Shown: piece after piece, positions 1 through 11,457 of the stretch | How positions within the stretch are numbered: the stretch's first letter is position 1 | Layout: each line of letters begins with the position of its first letter | Source: Thraustochytrium aureum | Taxonomy: Eukaryota | Assembly (NCBI GenBank): GCA_012862495.1 | Contig: BLSG01000091.1 | Span: 114,412-178,200, forward strand | Direction: 5' to 3' | DNA: 63,789 nucleotides | The notes under the pieces: generated by a model | Seen by the model: only the letters and a program-made list of their open reading frames with translations | The model's database searches: none | Told to the model about the DNA's origin: nothing | Program-made: the position numbers and the translations under genes

Positions 1-2488
1 CACTTGGTCAGCTGCAAACATGAGATGCGCCTCGATGATGTCAGTGTCGTTGGAAAGGCTCGGTTTCGTTGCCTCGAATCACGTCCCCGAGCCGTGGAAA
101 GAGCCGGTGCATCGCCTCAGTGTACTGCGCGGTGGACTTTGCGATGGCTGCCCAGAGCTTTGCGGCGGGCTCGCACAGGTAAACAAACTCGCTCTGCGTC
201 CTATCGGTGCAGAAGGCGATGAGCGGGACGAGGATTTCCCCCAGCGCGGCGACAGCCCGGAACTTTGCTTCTGGCTCAACCGTGGGGCTCTCGCCGATGG
301 CTTCAATGATCGCTTCGAGAAAACCGAGCGTAGCCATTTTCCAGAGGCTCCACTCTGAGCCCTCGGCCTGGGCCCACAGCACGTTGATTGGCCCGAGCAC
401 TTGGTCGAGGCTGGCGATGATGCCGCCGTCGACGCGGCCAACGATCGCGGTCAGCGCATGCATAAACCCGAGCCGGGCTGCGCTGGTCTCGCACTGGGCG
501 CTCAAGGAGAGCAGCGCGGTTATCGTGCGCGTCTGGTTCGGGGCGAAGTTGACAAGGTCAAAGTCGTACGACTCTACCAGACCGTGAAGCGCTCGAGCCG
601 CCGTGATGCGCACGACGAGGTCGACGCTGTCCTTCGGGGCCTCCACGAGCTCGAGGAGGTACCCGTAGAGCGGGGCCTGGAGGTCGCGGTCGATCTCTGT
701 GGTGAGGCATCGAAGGAGCCACAACGCGCGGCGCCGGAGGACGTCCCTCTCAAACTGCCCTGGGGCGCCCGACGCGCGCGCACCGACCTGGTCAGCGAGA
801 ACTGGAAACAGGCTCTGCTCCAAAAAGTTGCGGAACGGGAGCCGGTTGTGCAGCCAGTAAGCGCACGATCCCACGGCTAAGAAGCTGGCCTCGCGGAGCG
901 CGACCGCCGGCGAAACGAGGGCCTCGCCGAGCTGCCCTGCGCAGGGTTCTGTTCTTGGCCCGCCGCGACCTGCCTCCACGACTAGGGCGACGATAAGCTC
1001 GGTGACCGGTTTCTCGTACCTGTCGACGAGGGCGGTGAGGAGGTTTTCGCTCGCCGCCCGGAAGGACAGCGTCGGGCTGAGGTCCTCCTCGTCCACGGCA
1101 TATTCCTCCGGGTTCTCCAGCCATGCGTCGAGGTCGGCCTGCGAGATGACCAGGGCGCGCTGCAAGATGGCCCGTGTCAGCGTAGCGAGGCGCTCTGCGC
1201 AAAAGAACTGCTCGAGCACTTGGTTTGCAGCCGACAGCATCGCCCGCCGGTCGCCGACGTTGACGTCGCCTTGCGCCGTGATCAGTCTGGACCCTTGGAG
1301 GCCGGCGGCCGCCTCTCCCGCCTCTGCTTCCTCCCCGCTGCTCTTGTACTCGCTGCAGTTCAGCACGTTGGCAACAAACCTGGCGGCTAGAATCGCAAGC
1401 TTTTCGTCATAAAAGCCGCCCGGAGCGCTCCCCGTCACCATGCTCGGGCGCGACTGCATGAATCCTAGCGATATGGAATAGACGCGTTCCAGAATCGAAG
1501 GCAAAAACGGCAAAAACGCGATGGACATCGACTCTTGCACGTCGTTGATGGTTCGGAAAAGGCACCTGCATGTCTTCGTGAGCGAAACGTCGATCGGCAC
1601 GAAGTCTCCGTTGCGCGCGGCGCCAAGCGAGGTCTGCGCCTCGCGCGCCCAGTTCCACGACGACGAGGCGCGTGCAAGCTCGACAAGGCGGTCTTGCACG
1701 CCGCCCTCACACAGCTGCTCCAAGTACTTGCCCGGGAACGCGCTGCCTCCAAAGTCCTCCTGCGACCACCCGCAAGTGACGAGGAGGTGCAAGATCTTGC
1801 TGCAGAACAGGGCGACCTCGGCCCGCTCGAGCGCCTCGGCGCGCTGCGCAGGCGCGACCTCGTCGCGAAGGCCGCGAGAGAGCATGTCCACCTGGTTGGC
1901 CCAGACGCCGTGGATTCCCGCAAACATGTCCCTGGCGAGCGCCTGGAGCTGGCGGACGTGCGCGGGCATCCGCCGCGTCTTGAGCTCCTTGAGCACCGCG
2001 AGCACAGTCTGCAGCGCGCGCCTGCTTTGAAGCAGGTTTTCCGCCTCGCTGGCGCTGGCGATGGCCTGCGAGAGCCCTGGGAAGAGCTCGGCCCACTGCT
2101 GAGGCCAGTCCGTGCGCGCAAGCTGAGCAACCGCCTCGTTGAGCTGCATCGCGACGCGACGCCGCGGCTCGCGCACCGCCCGGGACGCCAGCACAGAGCG
2201 AATGGCGCACTTTTCGACGTCGGGCACGCCGCGCCACCTGCCATCCGCGCCAGGCTTCAGCCGCTTCCACTGCCGCTTCGTGACGTTTTTGACCATGATC
2301 GCTGCGGCCATGCGAGTGCGTAGCTCGTCTGCGCAGCCTTCATCGCGGCATGCCAGGAGCACGAGCGCGAGGCAAAAGACGGGCTTTTCCTCCAGTGCCT
2401 TGAGCCTGACTTCGGTGGGCTCTCGAACCTGTCCTCCGCGGGGCCACCAGCCGTGCAATCGTCTCGTCAGTCGCGCCACCTCAGCCAA
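1..2488 (-). CDS. IPO11: Importin-11-like karyopherin beta; runs off the window edge, true start uncertain
   Basis: IBN_N-like start (EVRLKALEEKPVF...RMAAAIMVKNVTKRQWKR), QLARTDWPQQWAELFP, LKELKTRRM, DLDAWLENPEEY, LRRRALWLL, DLVVRITAA. The stop at 41 looks like a 1-nt indel, because DIIEAHLMF continues in another frame to position 1. The ORF begins at TTG. Confidence 0.85.
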
Positions 2489-3266
2489 AGCCTACGCCCC
2501 GCTCGGCCCCCTCGCGCATCCTGCCATCACGNNNNNNNNNNNNNNNNNNNNNNNNNNNNNNNNNNNNNNNNNNNNNNNNNNNNNNNNNNNNNNNNNNNNN
2601 NNNNNNNNNNNNNNNNNNNNNNNNNNNNNNNNNNNNNNNNNNNNNNNNNNNNNNNNNNNNNNNNNNNNNNNNNNNNNNNNNNNNNNNNNNNNNNNNNNNN
2701 NNNNNNNNNNNNNNNNNNNNNNNNNNNNNNNNNNNNNNNNNNNNNNNNNNNNNNNNNNNNNNNNNNNNNNNNNNNNNNNNNNNNNNNNNNNNNNNNNNNN
2801 NNNNNNNNNNNNNNNNNNNNNNNNNNNNNNNNNNNNNNNNNNNNNNNNNNNNNNNNNNNNNNNNNNNNNNNNNNNNNNNNNNNNNNNNNNNNNTTCTCCG
2901 TGTGTAAGTCGTGCACCCGGTGCAACGCGTGGAGCGGCGCTCCCGCCGACCGTTTAGCGGCTAACCGTTGGCTTGCAGGGTTGTCTACGCGCCTGAAGCG
3001 CGACTTCTGCGGTCGCTCAACAACGCCGTCTTCGACTCCGTCAGCATCGTCGTGGCCACGATGCAGGAGTTCGCTGCATGACCAGGCCAGACCGGCCGTG
3101 GAGAAGCACGACACGCGCAGCGCGGATTATGCAATGCCCGAGCACCGTGAAGAAAAGCAGAGTAGCTCGGGTGCCGCGCGCTGCTATCCCTCCCGCGACC
3201 GTGCATGATAATTGAGTACAAACAAAAAACAAGACAGTTCACTCGCTCGCAGCTCAAGTCATTCCC

Positions 3267-3610
3267 CAGAGTCCTGGGCGTCGGTCCCTCGGGCCGTCCG
3301 ACAAAACACCTGTCCGCCACCGCCGCCGTCCTCGCCGTCGGCCATGCGGCGCGTGCAAGCGGCGCTCATCATTCATCCTCGTCATCAGGCATGGATCCCC
3401 AGAGTCCTGAGCGTCGATCCCTCGGGCCATCCAACAAAACACCTGTTCGCCACCGCCGCCATCCTCGCCGTCGGCCATGCGGTGCGTGCAAGCCGCGCTC
3501 ATCATTCATCCCGCCATCAGGCATCGACCCGCAGAGTCCTGAACGTCGATCCCTCGACCAAAACCCCTGTCCACCACCGTGCCATCCTCGCCGTCGGCCA
3601 TGCGGCGCGT
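3267..3610. repeat. Degenerate tandem repeat, ~132-133 bp unit, ~2.6 copies
   Basis: cagagtcctg...ccctcg...caaaac..ctgt...cctcgccgtcggccatgcgg.gcgt recurs at 3267, 3400 and 3532; the third copy is shorter. Confidence 0.9.
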
Positions 3611-4097
3611 CTCCACAAGCCCAGCACCCTCACCAGTCCAATGATGGCCCAGCGCACGCAATCCGGCCATGATTGCCTGAACCGCGGCGCGAAGATACAG
3701 CGTAGCAAGCGCACCACCCCGTCCGGTGCTGACCAGCCCAGGCTGGCGCTGTGCGCGCATCGTAGGCGAACAGGCGTGCCACATTGTCGTCCCTCGCGCA
3801 TTTTCACGCCTCGATCAACACGACGATGATCGTGATCGTGATGACCGTCGTGGACGTCGAGGTGGATGCCGCGCCGCGCAGCACAAGACAGACCCCGATC
3901 GCGGCCGGGCTGCGCGGCTGTCTCGCTCGCTTGGCGGAGCACAGCAGCAGGTCGACGCTGCTCGCGGCGGGCTCTGCTGCGCGAGGGAGGCCTGCGCGAG
4001 CGAGGCGGGGTGGCGGCGGACGCGGCCAACGCGTGACGGACGCGCTGGCCTCGGGGCTGCGAAGCCTGAGGCTGCCTAAGCCTGCGCCGTGAGCGCG

Positions 4098-6134
4098 ATG
4101 ATGATGCAGCGCGACAGCGCGGAAGGAACGGCGACGGCTTTTGATGGGGCTCTGGGCCAGGACGAGGCGGGCTGGAGGAGGCAGAGCACGGCTGGGCTCG
4201 GCGTGGCGCGGCAGAGCTGGACGGCCGGCCGCGAGCTCGAGGACGTCGTCGTGGAAGAGATTGGCAGCGGGTTTGCGGGCGGATCGGGGGACGAGAGGGC
4301 CAGCGGCCCGGGAGGCCGGGCTGGCGGACTGCTGGCCCTCCTCGCTGGGGGCGCGGCGCTGCAGGCGGCGCAGCAGCATGCGGCAGCGGCTAAGGCCCTC
4401 GCTGTCTCGCTCCTCAAAGTGGTCGCTTCTCGCCTTGGCCTAGCTCGTGCGTGGGCCTTGCTCAGGTTTGCAGTGCGCGCGCAGCAGAGGCGGGTGGCCC
4501 AGGTTTTGGCGTCCCGGAAGACTGCCGCAGCCGCCGTGGCTTTTGGAGCTGCTCTTTGGGTTAGCAAGCAACGAGAGAGAAACAAGTCGCGCGCGCGCCC
4601 TCGACGTGTTGCGGTCGTGGGTTCGGGGATAGCCGGCAGTGGCGCTGCGTGGGCTTTGAAGCGAGCCGGAATCGACGTGGTCGTGTACGAGAAGAAGCCC
4701 AAGGTCGGGGGCAACGCAAAGGCGATGACGTGGGACGTCGATGGAACCAAGGTGGAGACCGGGCTGGCCGTTTTCGCTTGGCCGCGCGAGCTGTTTCACA
4801 CGTACAACGCGATGATTAGCGAGCTGGGGATAGAGACCGAGGACCACGACACCCGTTTCTTCGTGAGCGAGCGCGACGCGGACGGGAACACCGAGTGCAT
4901 CTTCGCACACGGCAAGCCCGGGTGGAAGCCGCAGCCGTGGCTGCAACAAGACCTCGCCAGATGGGACTCTCTGGTGGCGCTTGTCAAGCGGGTCAACGGA
5001 GTGCTGCAGCCCGCAGAGACCCCATCGCTGTACCGCATGGGCTTTCTCAACCCCCTTAATGTGGTTCCCCTGCGCGTCGTTTGTCGGTGGTGGGGCATCT
5101 CGGACCGGTTCTGGGATTCGGTTTTTGTTCCGATTCATACGAGCACGTTCTTGGAGGTCGAGATGGGGACGGTGCCAGCCTCGATGGCAGAGCTTCTCGA
5201 CGACATTGTCCCTTTCTCGCGCACTCCGAACCTGCGAACCTGGAAGACGCATGCGTACGACACGGTCAAGCGCTTGCTTGCGGAGATTCCGGCCTCCGAC
5301 GTGCGGACCTCTTGCGGCGTCGAGTCGGTGACATATGTGCCGCGCGGCTCGCGCAGCAGCGAGCAGGCCTTCGATGTGCACGTTCTCGACGAAGACGGCA
5401 AGAGCGAGGTTTTTGACGCCGTCGTTTTCGCCTGCTCGGCGCAGGCGATGAATCGCATTTTGCACGGCAAGGGCGACCCGCTCCCGGGCCAAGAGATCAT
5501 ACCCAACAAGGCCAACGGGCTTAATAACGGTGGCTTCTTTGCAATCAAGAGCCGCTTCTTCAACTGGCTCGAGACCACTCTCCTCTCCCGGACCCTGTAC
5601 ACAACCGACAGGGACAAGACGTTCGAGCGCGGCACCGTGCACACCAAAGCGGAGGCGGTTCTGCCGGCAAAGTACCGCGACGAGATCCTCGACGCCTACT
5701 GCAACTATATCGAGGTGGACAAGGCCGACCCGCGCAACCTAGAGAACTCCTTTGTGATCTCTTCGTGGGCTCCTACCGCACAGGCCCCCCAAGTCCGCGG
5801 CAAGCTCCCCATGCTCGTCACCTACAACGCCGATGCCAAACTCGAGGGCGTCGAGACCGAGTGGGTGAGCACGTCGCGAGAAGCGCATCCGTGCCTTACA
5901 TTTTGGCAGCTCACCAGCACTGTGTTGTTCTGGCCTTTTCTTCAAGGTGCTCGGCAAGACCAGACCTTTTTTTGTGGTTCAGCGGTGCTTCCTGCGAACG
6001 GCCACGACTTGTCGTTTCTGTCTGGGCTCGTCGTGGCGAGCGAGCTCGGCGCACCGTTTCCCTTTCCGGGTGACAAAGATGCCTGGGCAGACTTTCTCCG
6101 CTTGCGCGGAATGATGCTCGGTATTTGGGCCTAG
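4098..6134 (+). CDS. FAD/NAD(P)-binding amine-oxidase-family oxidoreductase (COG2907-like) with hydrophobic N-terminal extension
   Basis: Rossmann motif VAVVGSGIAGSGAAWAL...VVVYEKKPKVGGNAK, VETGLAVF, FDAVVFAC, and C-terminal TFFCGSAVLPANGHDLSFLSGLVVASELGA. Confidence 0.85.
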   Translation: MMMQRDSAEGTATAFDGALGQDEAGWRRQSTAGLGVARQSWTAGRELEDVVVEEIGSGFAGGSGDERASGPGGRAGGLLALLAGGAALQAAQQHAAAAKALAVSLLKVVASRLGLARAWALLRFAVRAQQRRVAQVLASRKTAAAAVAFGAALWVSKQRERNKSRARPRRVAVVGSGIAGSGAAWALKRAGIDVVVYEKKPKVGGNAKAMTWDVDGTKVETGLAVFAWPRELFHTYNAMISELGIETEDHDTRFFVSERDADGNTECIFAHGKPGWKPQPWLQQDLARWDSLVALVKRVNGVLQPAETPSLYRMGFLNPLNVVPLRVVCRWWGISDRFWDSVFVPIHTSTFLEVEMGTVPASMAELLDDIVPFSRTPNLRTWKTHAYDTVKRLLAEIPASDVRTSCGVESVTYVPRGSRSSEQAFDVHVLDEDGKSEVFDAVVFACSAQAMNRILHGKGDPLPGQEIIPNKANGLNNGGFFAIKSRFFNWLETTLLSRTLYTTDRDKTFERGTVHTKAEAVLPAKYRDEILDAYCNYIEVDKADPRNLENSFVISSWAPTAQAPQVRGKLPMLVTYNADAKLEGVETEWVSTSREAHPCLTFWQLTSTVLFWPFLQGARQDQTFFCGSAVLPANGHDLSFLSGLVVASELGAPFPFPGDKDAWADFLRLRGMMLGIWA

Positions 6135-6881
6135 TACAACTGGTCGGTCGTACGATTGGACACCGCCAGCGACTCGCTGCTGCTTGCTGGTCGTCGATAT
6201 CTACCCGACTCTACCAAGCTCTACGTAGACATACACCTATGTACCTCGAAGTGCGCACAATAGCTGATTCCTTCGCTCCTTCTGCAGGCCTTGATATCCT
6301 CATCAGGCTGCTCGTGCAGTTCTTGATGGCGGCCCTGCCAGACCTGTTTTTCTTCTTACGAGTCCAAAGGGGACACAAAGGGTCCAAAGGGGCAAAGTAG
6401 GTACAACTTGTCTGTGATGAATTGCGGTTCCAGTCTTGCGCAGGACTCTGTGGCTTGGCCCTCGCGCAAACAACCGACTCGCAACTGCCGCGCTCGGTTG
6501 AAATGCGCCACTGCATGCGTCGGAGGGCCTGCCTGGCCGATGAGTTGCGCTTCAAAGAGTTGAACGGGTGTTTTTTTTTCCTGCTCTCCCGCAATCGCTA
6601 AGAGGCCATCGGCAAACTTGGGCGTGTACTTCCCTTTTGCCCTTTTGTGCTGTGAAGGCTCTGCTCTGCATCAACAGCCACCTCTCACCTGAAAAGAGTG
6701 TGCACGGCCGGCAGGAAATGGCTCGTACTTTGGTTGTAGGTATCGGCCAGCGACGCGAGAGAACACAAGAGCAGACCAACAACCACGACCGGCGCAGGGC
6801 GAGCGCGAGCGCGCGCGAGAGGAGGCTAGACGTGAGTGCCATCTGCCAGCGCAACGTCTAGCGAACCGAATTATCATCGCG

Positions 6882-7835
6882 ATGATGCGGTCCCTCGCTG
6901 CGGCAGGTGCAGCGACGATCGTCTTGGCCGCTGGGGTGCTCAGCGAAGAGACCTACCTGGACAAAACTGGCCTCACCGCAGGCTCCGAATGCAACAGCAC
7001 CGACTTGGCGTTCTGGAAGGAGAGCGGGTACGACTTTTTCGAGCTCGATATCCAAAGCTGCACGGCGGCCCACATCGACGACAGTGCCCTCAACTCGGGC
7101 AACAATGACAAGTCAGTGTCGGACATCTCGAAATGCATGCAGAAAAACCCCAACTACATCTTCGACAAGAACAGCAAGCTGCTGTACCAAGCTGTTCAGG
7201 GCTACTCAGAGTCCTGCTCCAACTGCATGGGCTTGCTCGGTCGATGCACGTATGACAACTGCGCAGCGATCTGCTATATTCTCGGCGGAGCAGGCTCGTT
7301 GTCCTGCCGGTCCTGCACTGAGGAAAACTGTGTCGGCAAGTTTTACGAGTGTTCGGGTATTGATACAACTTGTCCGCCCCGCCTCGACCCGACAGAATGC
7401 GTCAACACAGAGGGCGCGTCCCTCACACCGATCATTGCTGGCGTCTCTGGCGGCGTCGCAGTGCTCCTCGGGCTCGCCGTAACGGTTTTTGTCATCAGGC
7501 ACAACAAATCGATTCGGGCGGACCGCGAAGCGTTTGCTCAGGAACTTGCGCTGGCGAAGGCGATGGCCCCCAAGGTAACCGCTCCCCTGCCGCAGGGCGA
7601 CCTGGACCCTGAAGCCAGCGGCGCGCTAGACCAATCACTTGTGGCCCTGTTTGAATTCCTATCGAGCCACGACACAGAGCTCTCAATTGCTGAGGGCGAG
7701 CGCTTGGTTGGGCTCCAAATCATTGACGGGGAGTGGTGGCTCGTTCGGAATGCGGATCGGGAAACGGGCCTCGTTCCGAGGAGCTACGTCAAAGAGCTCG
7801 ATACCGCTGATGACGAGCCGCTCCCATTCTTTTAG
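6882..7835 (+). CDS. Type I membrane protein: signal peptide, Cys-rich ectodomain, one TM helix, cytoplasmic SH3 domain
   Basis: Hydrophobic N-terminus; ~13 Cys (CSNCMGLLGRCTYDNCAAIC...CRSCTEENC...FYECSG); TM IIAGVSGGVAVLLGLAVTVFVI; SH3 VALFEF...ELSIAEGE...GEWWLVR...GLVPRSYV. Confidence 0.85.
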   Translation: MMRSLAAAGAATIVLAAGVLSEETYLDKTGLTAGSECNSTDLAFWKESGYDFFELDIQSCTAAHIDDSALNSGNNDKSVSDISKCMQKNPNYIFDKNSKLLYQAVQGYSESCSNCMGLLGRCTYDNCAAICYILGGAGSLSCRSCTEENCVGKFYECSGIDTTCPPRLDPTECVNTEGASLTPIIAGVSGGVAVLLGLAVTVFVIRHNKSIRADREAFAQELALAKAMAPKVTAPLPQGDLDPEASGALDQSLVALFEFLSSHDTELSIAEGERLVGLQIIDGEWWLVRNADRETGLVPRSYVKELDTADDEPLPFF

Positions 7836-7980
7836 GTGTGGCGTACGCGGGAGGGGAAAAGGGAGAGGGGAAATGCGAAAGGGGAAAAAAAAGCAAACTG
7901 AAGCACTTCACGCAGTTGCCACGGCAACCCAGATCGAACCGACCGCCTTCAAGGGGGGAGAACCCCCGCAAGAAGCTCGC

Positions 7981-10831
7981 CTAGTACGCAATTATGGTGG
8001 CAATGTCGAAATTCGACTTGGGCGCCCGAATGCTCACCAAATACTCCTTGCCAACCGGTATTGCTCCTGTGACGCGGATGCAAAGCTTAGAATTCGACTG
8101 GACCCAACGCGGGGTCGAGCTTCCAATCGAAGCATTGACATTGTCAACGAGAACCACCGTCTTTGCTACAATCGTTGAAGCACTGTGCGAATAGGGCGAG
8201 CGATGACCTTTCAATGCAATCGTGCAGAACGCCAAAAACCCGCCCTGAGTCTCTGGGACCCGAAAAGTAATCCATGAACCCTCCTGCTTTGACCTGAACC
8301 CAAATCCTTCATCCTTTGCCAGGCATGCCGTGTCTTTGCTGAAGGTCTTCCTGTCCACGTCCTTCGCACCTCGAGCGTTGCAGCGATTTTTTATTTTGAG
8401 GTAATCCCAGGCGCCTGCTTGGCCCTCGTGCGTCTCTGGAAACGGATTGTCGTCGTCAGACACGCGCCAGGCCTTGATGTCAAATTCTGGCATGGCCAAC
8501 TCGCGCTGGCCGGTGGCGCAAAACCCGGGATAGACAATCGAATGGCTCGCGCCGCAGGTCTTGACCGTTAAGCAATTTTCCAACTTGAAGTAGAGCGGTG
8601 TGGGAAGGGCCACAGCGGGTTCTGCTGCATAGCGCTCCTTGAGCTGCTGCAGACTGAGTTTGTCGCGCGTCAAAAAGATCTCAAGCTGGTCCAGTGCCAT
8701 GGCGACCGCTTGTGCATAATAGAAAACCGCGACGTCTGCGTAAATCTGCGACCCGAGCGGGCCGGGGTGCCAATTCTGGTTAAGGACCCCGTCGAACCCC
8801 TCGCGCGTCTGAAGGTGACAGCGCTCGTCTCCGTGCCTGCCCCAGTGACTTGCTTTTCGCCACCACGGATACGAGTTGCGGTCGATCGGCATGCGCGACG
8901 AATCCCGGCGCAAATCCGGTTTCTTGTCCGAGGGGCTGGAAATGACATGGCCCGCACCGAGGTAGCGGTTCGAGTACTTGCTTCGCTTGCTCGCCAGATT
9001 CGACGGGTCCGTATGCGCGGTTGTCAAAATGAGGCGCTTGGTGCCCATGAGGAGCTTGCGAACCATTACTTCTGAGGACCTCGCTTCGACGTTCGGGAGC
9101 ATGCTCCAAAACGTGTTGACGATGTCGAGCTCGTCAAAGTTGAACAAGGAGTGCATGCAGGCCAGCGTGGCAAACTGCTCCGGGCCATCGCCGTTCGCGG
9201 CAGAGTTGCGCACCTCAACCTTGACGCCCATGCCACCCAGGAGTCTGCTCAGGCTACGCCCAAGAACCGGGGCAAACGTGCGATTGTAGCAGTTGTCCTG
9301 GCCAGCAAACACAGACGTGCCCACAACGCCAACAACGAGTTTCTCCTGGTAGACAATTTTGCGGCCAAACTTCCAAGCGTACAGTCGCATGGATTCCTCG
9401 AACGCGTGGACCTCTTCCGCTTTAACATTCGAGCTGAGCGCCCGCCGGGGCAAGGCTCCAGCCGAGAGGTCGCACCAACCCTTGATCGGCTTGTAGTACC
9501 TGCACAAGCTTCGGAGCACCTCTTCTACATGGCGTCGAGCAGAGGCGATGGTGAAAGGGAGGGCGTCACCTGGGCTGCTGGGGGCGATGACGGCGCCAAA
9601 ATCCATGGCCATTACAGAGCCTATTTCTTCGGATTCACGCTTCACTGCAGCCTTACAAAATGTCTCGTGGTCGGCGTCCAGCGTTGTTGCGCTCATGTTC
9701 AAGGAGATGAGGCCTTGTTCCGTTGTCATCCATGCCTTCACCGCCACATCGCTGATCTGCGCCAACACGTACGGGTCAACGGGTGGCACGCGCGGGAAGA
9801 GATCGTCCGAAAGCGGTTTTCGATTGCCAGCGATTGGTTCAACGTCGAGCGTTGTCGGCGGCTCTGTAACCACGACCACAGCCTCGACCGGTCCCGCGAC
9901 GGGCGCTGGTGTGGGGTTCTGCACAATTGGGCTTTGCGTCGTGGACTCTTTAGCTGGCGCTGCGGGTGAGGGCTGGAGTGTTTTTTGCGCATCATCTGTG
10001 TCAAAACTTGCATCGTCGTCGNNNNNNNNNNNNNNNNNNNNNNNNNNNNNNNNNNNNNNNNNNNNNNNNNNNNNNNNNNNNNNNNNNNNNNNNNNNNNNN
10101 NNNNNNNNNNNNNNNNNNNNNNNNNNNNNNNNNNNNNNNNNNNNNNNNNNNNNNNNNNNNNNNNNNNNNNNNNNNNNNNNNNNNNNNNNNNNNNNNNNNN
10201 NNNNNNNNNNNNNNNNNNNNNNNNNNNNNNNNNNNNNNNNNNNNNNNNNNNNNNNNNNNNNNNNNNNNNNNNNNNNNNNNNNNTCTGTGTCAAAACTTGC
10301 ATCGTCGTCGGTGCCGGCTGCGGGCGAGGGCTGTGTCGTCGCCTTGACTTGAGAGTCAGAATCTGAGTCGTCAGCTTCTGGAGATGGATTGCTGGTGACT
10401 TTGGGCTCTGCTGTTGGTTGCGGTGTGGGTTCTGGCGTCGGCACTGCATGCGGCGGGATTTGGACTGAAGGGATTTGCGTCGGCGGGGGTGTTGCCGTTT
10501 GCCCCCCGGCACCTATGGTGTCGCCGGCTACCGGAGGCTCAGGCCCGGCGTGCGGAGCCCCACTCCCCGACATAGACTTCCCCAGCGAAATCCCAACGCG
10601 AAGCACCGCGAACAAAATCGCCACGGCCACGACGCCTCGCAGCGCCACGCACCAGTTGCACCTCGACGCCCTCACTTCGTGGTGCGTCGGAACGGGACGC
10701 CCATCCGGTCGCGGCGGTCTGCGCACCCCAGCCCTGGACGCTCTCACGTGGCCGTCAGCCCCAGCGGCCACGGCGCCGTCCTCGGCCTCCACGGCCACGT
10801 TGGGCAGCGCAGAGTACTTGTTCGAGACCAT
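7981..10831 (-). CDS. Type II membrane protein with Pro/Thr/Asp repeat stalk and SGNH/GDSL-hydrolase-like domain (spans gap)
   Basis: ATG at 10831 (MVSNKY); TM VALRGVVAVAILFAVLRVGISL; repeated QPSPAA..DDDASFDT on both sides of the gap; block I VGVVGTSVFAGQDN, VRNSAANG and block V NWHPGPLGSQIYAD. Probably one frame change within the stalk/gap. Confidence 0.7.
9960..10335. repeat. Coding tandem repeat (TQPSPAA.TDDDASFDT) collapsed across an assembly gap
   Basis: tctgtgtcaaaacttgcatcgtcgtcg is present immediately before and immediately after the 10022-10283 gap. Confidence 0.8.
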
Positions 10832-11457
10832 CCTGCGGTCAGCCTGTCAGCCCAGCCTGACTTGCTGCCTGGCGTTCGCGCGCTGCGGTGCGCCAACGAC
10901 GCGCGTGCTGGCAGGAGGTACTTGAGAAGGTGGCAGGCAGGGTGCGACGCGAGGCCGCAACAAGAAGCTCGTCGAGTGTCTCCAGCTCCTCCAGCACGCC
11001 GGTGTCGGTGCAAGTGCAACCCAGAGGACGGCCAGGCAGCGTTCGCGCCGGCGCCGCGCAATGGACCACGATGGCCTGCCTGCCTGGACACGAGCGTTTC
11101 GTACTCTGCAACTGCACCTCCAACTTGCAGAGTGACACCACAGAAAAATACGAACACCACGAACATTACGAACANNNNNNNNNNNNNNNNNNNNNNNNNN
11201 NNNNNNNNNNNNNNNNNNNNNNNNNNNNNNNNNNNNNNNNNNNNNNNNNNNNNNNNNNNNNNNNNNNNNNNNNNNNNNNNNNNNNNNNNNNNNNNNNNNN
11301 NNNNNNNNNNNNNNNNNNNNNNNNNNNNNNNNNNNNNNNNNNNNNNNNNNNNNNNNNNNNNNNNNNNNNNNNNNNNNNNNNNNNNNNNNNNNNNNNNNNN
11401 NNNNNNNNNNNNNNNNNNNNNNNNNNNNNNNNNNNNNNNNNNNNNNNNNNNNNNNNN

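Noticed and set aside
3267..3610. Ankyrin-repeat gene (GIDVQDSAGRCLMAG on the minus strand)
   Set aside because: The unit is ~44 codons rather than 33, frame is not preserved, and there is no TPLH motif.
7915..7960. tRNA T-loop-like GGTTCGATC on the minus strand
   Set aside because: No T-stem pairing or cloverleaf around it.
10888..11175. N-terminal part of the 1296-aa ORF before the gap
   Set aside because: It is joined to the HEAT gene only through Ns, has low complexity and ends in a 9-bp repeat, so there is no support for coding.
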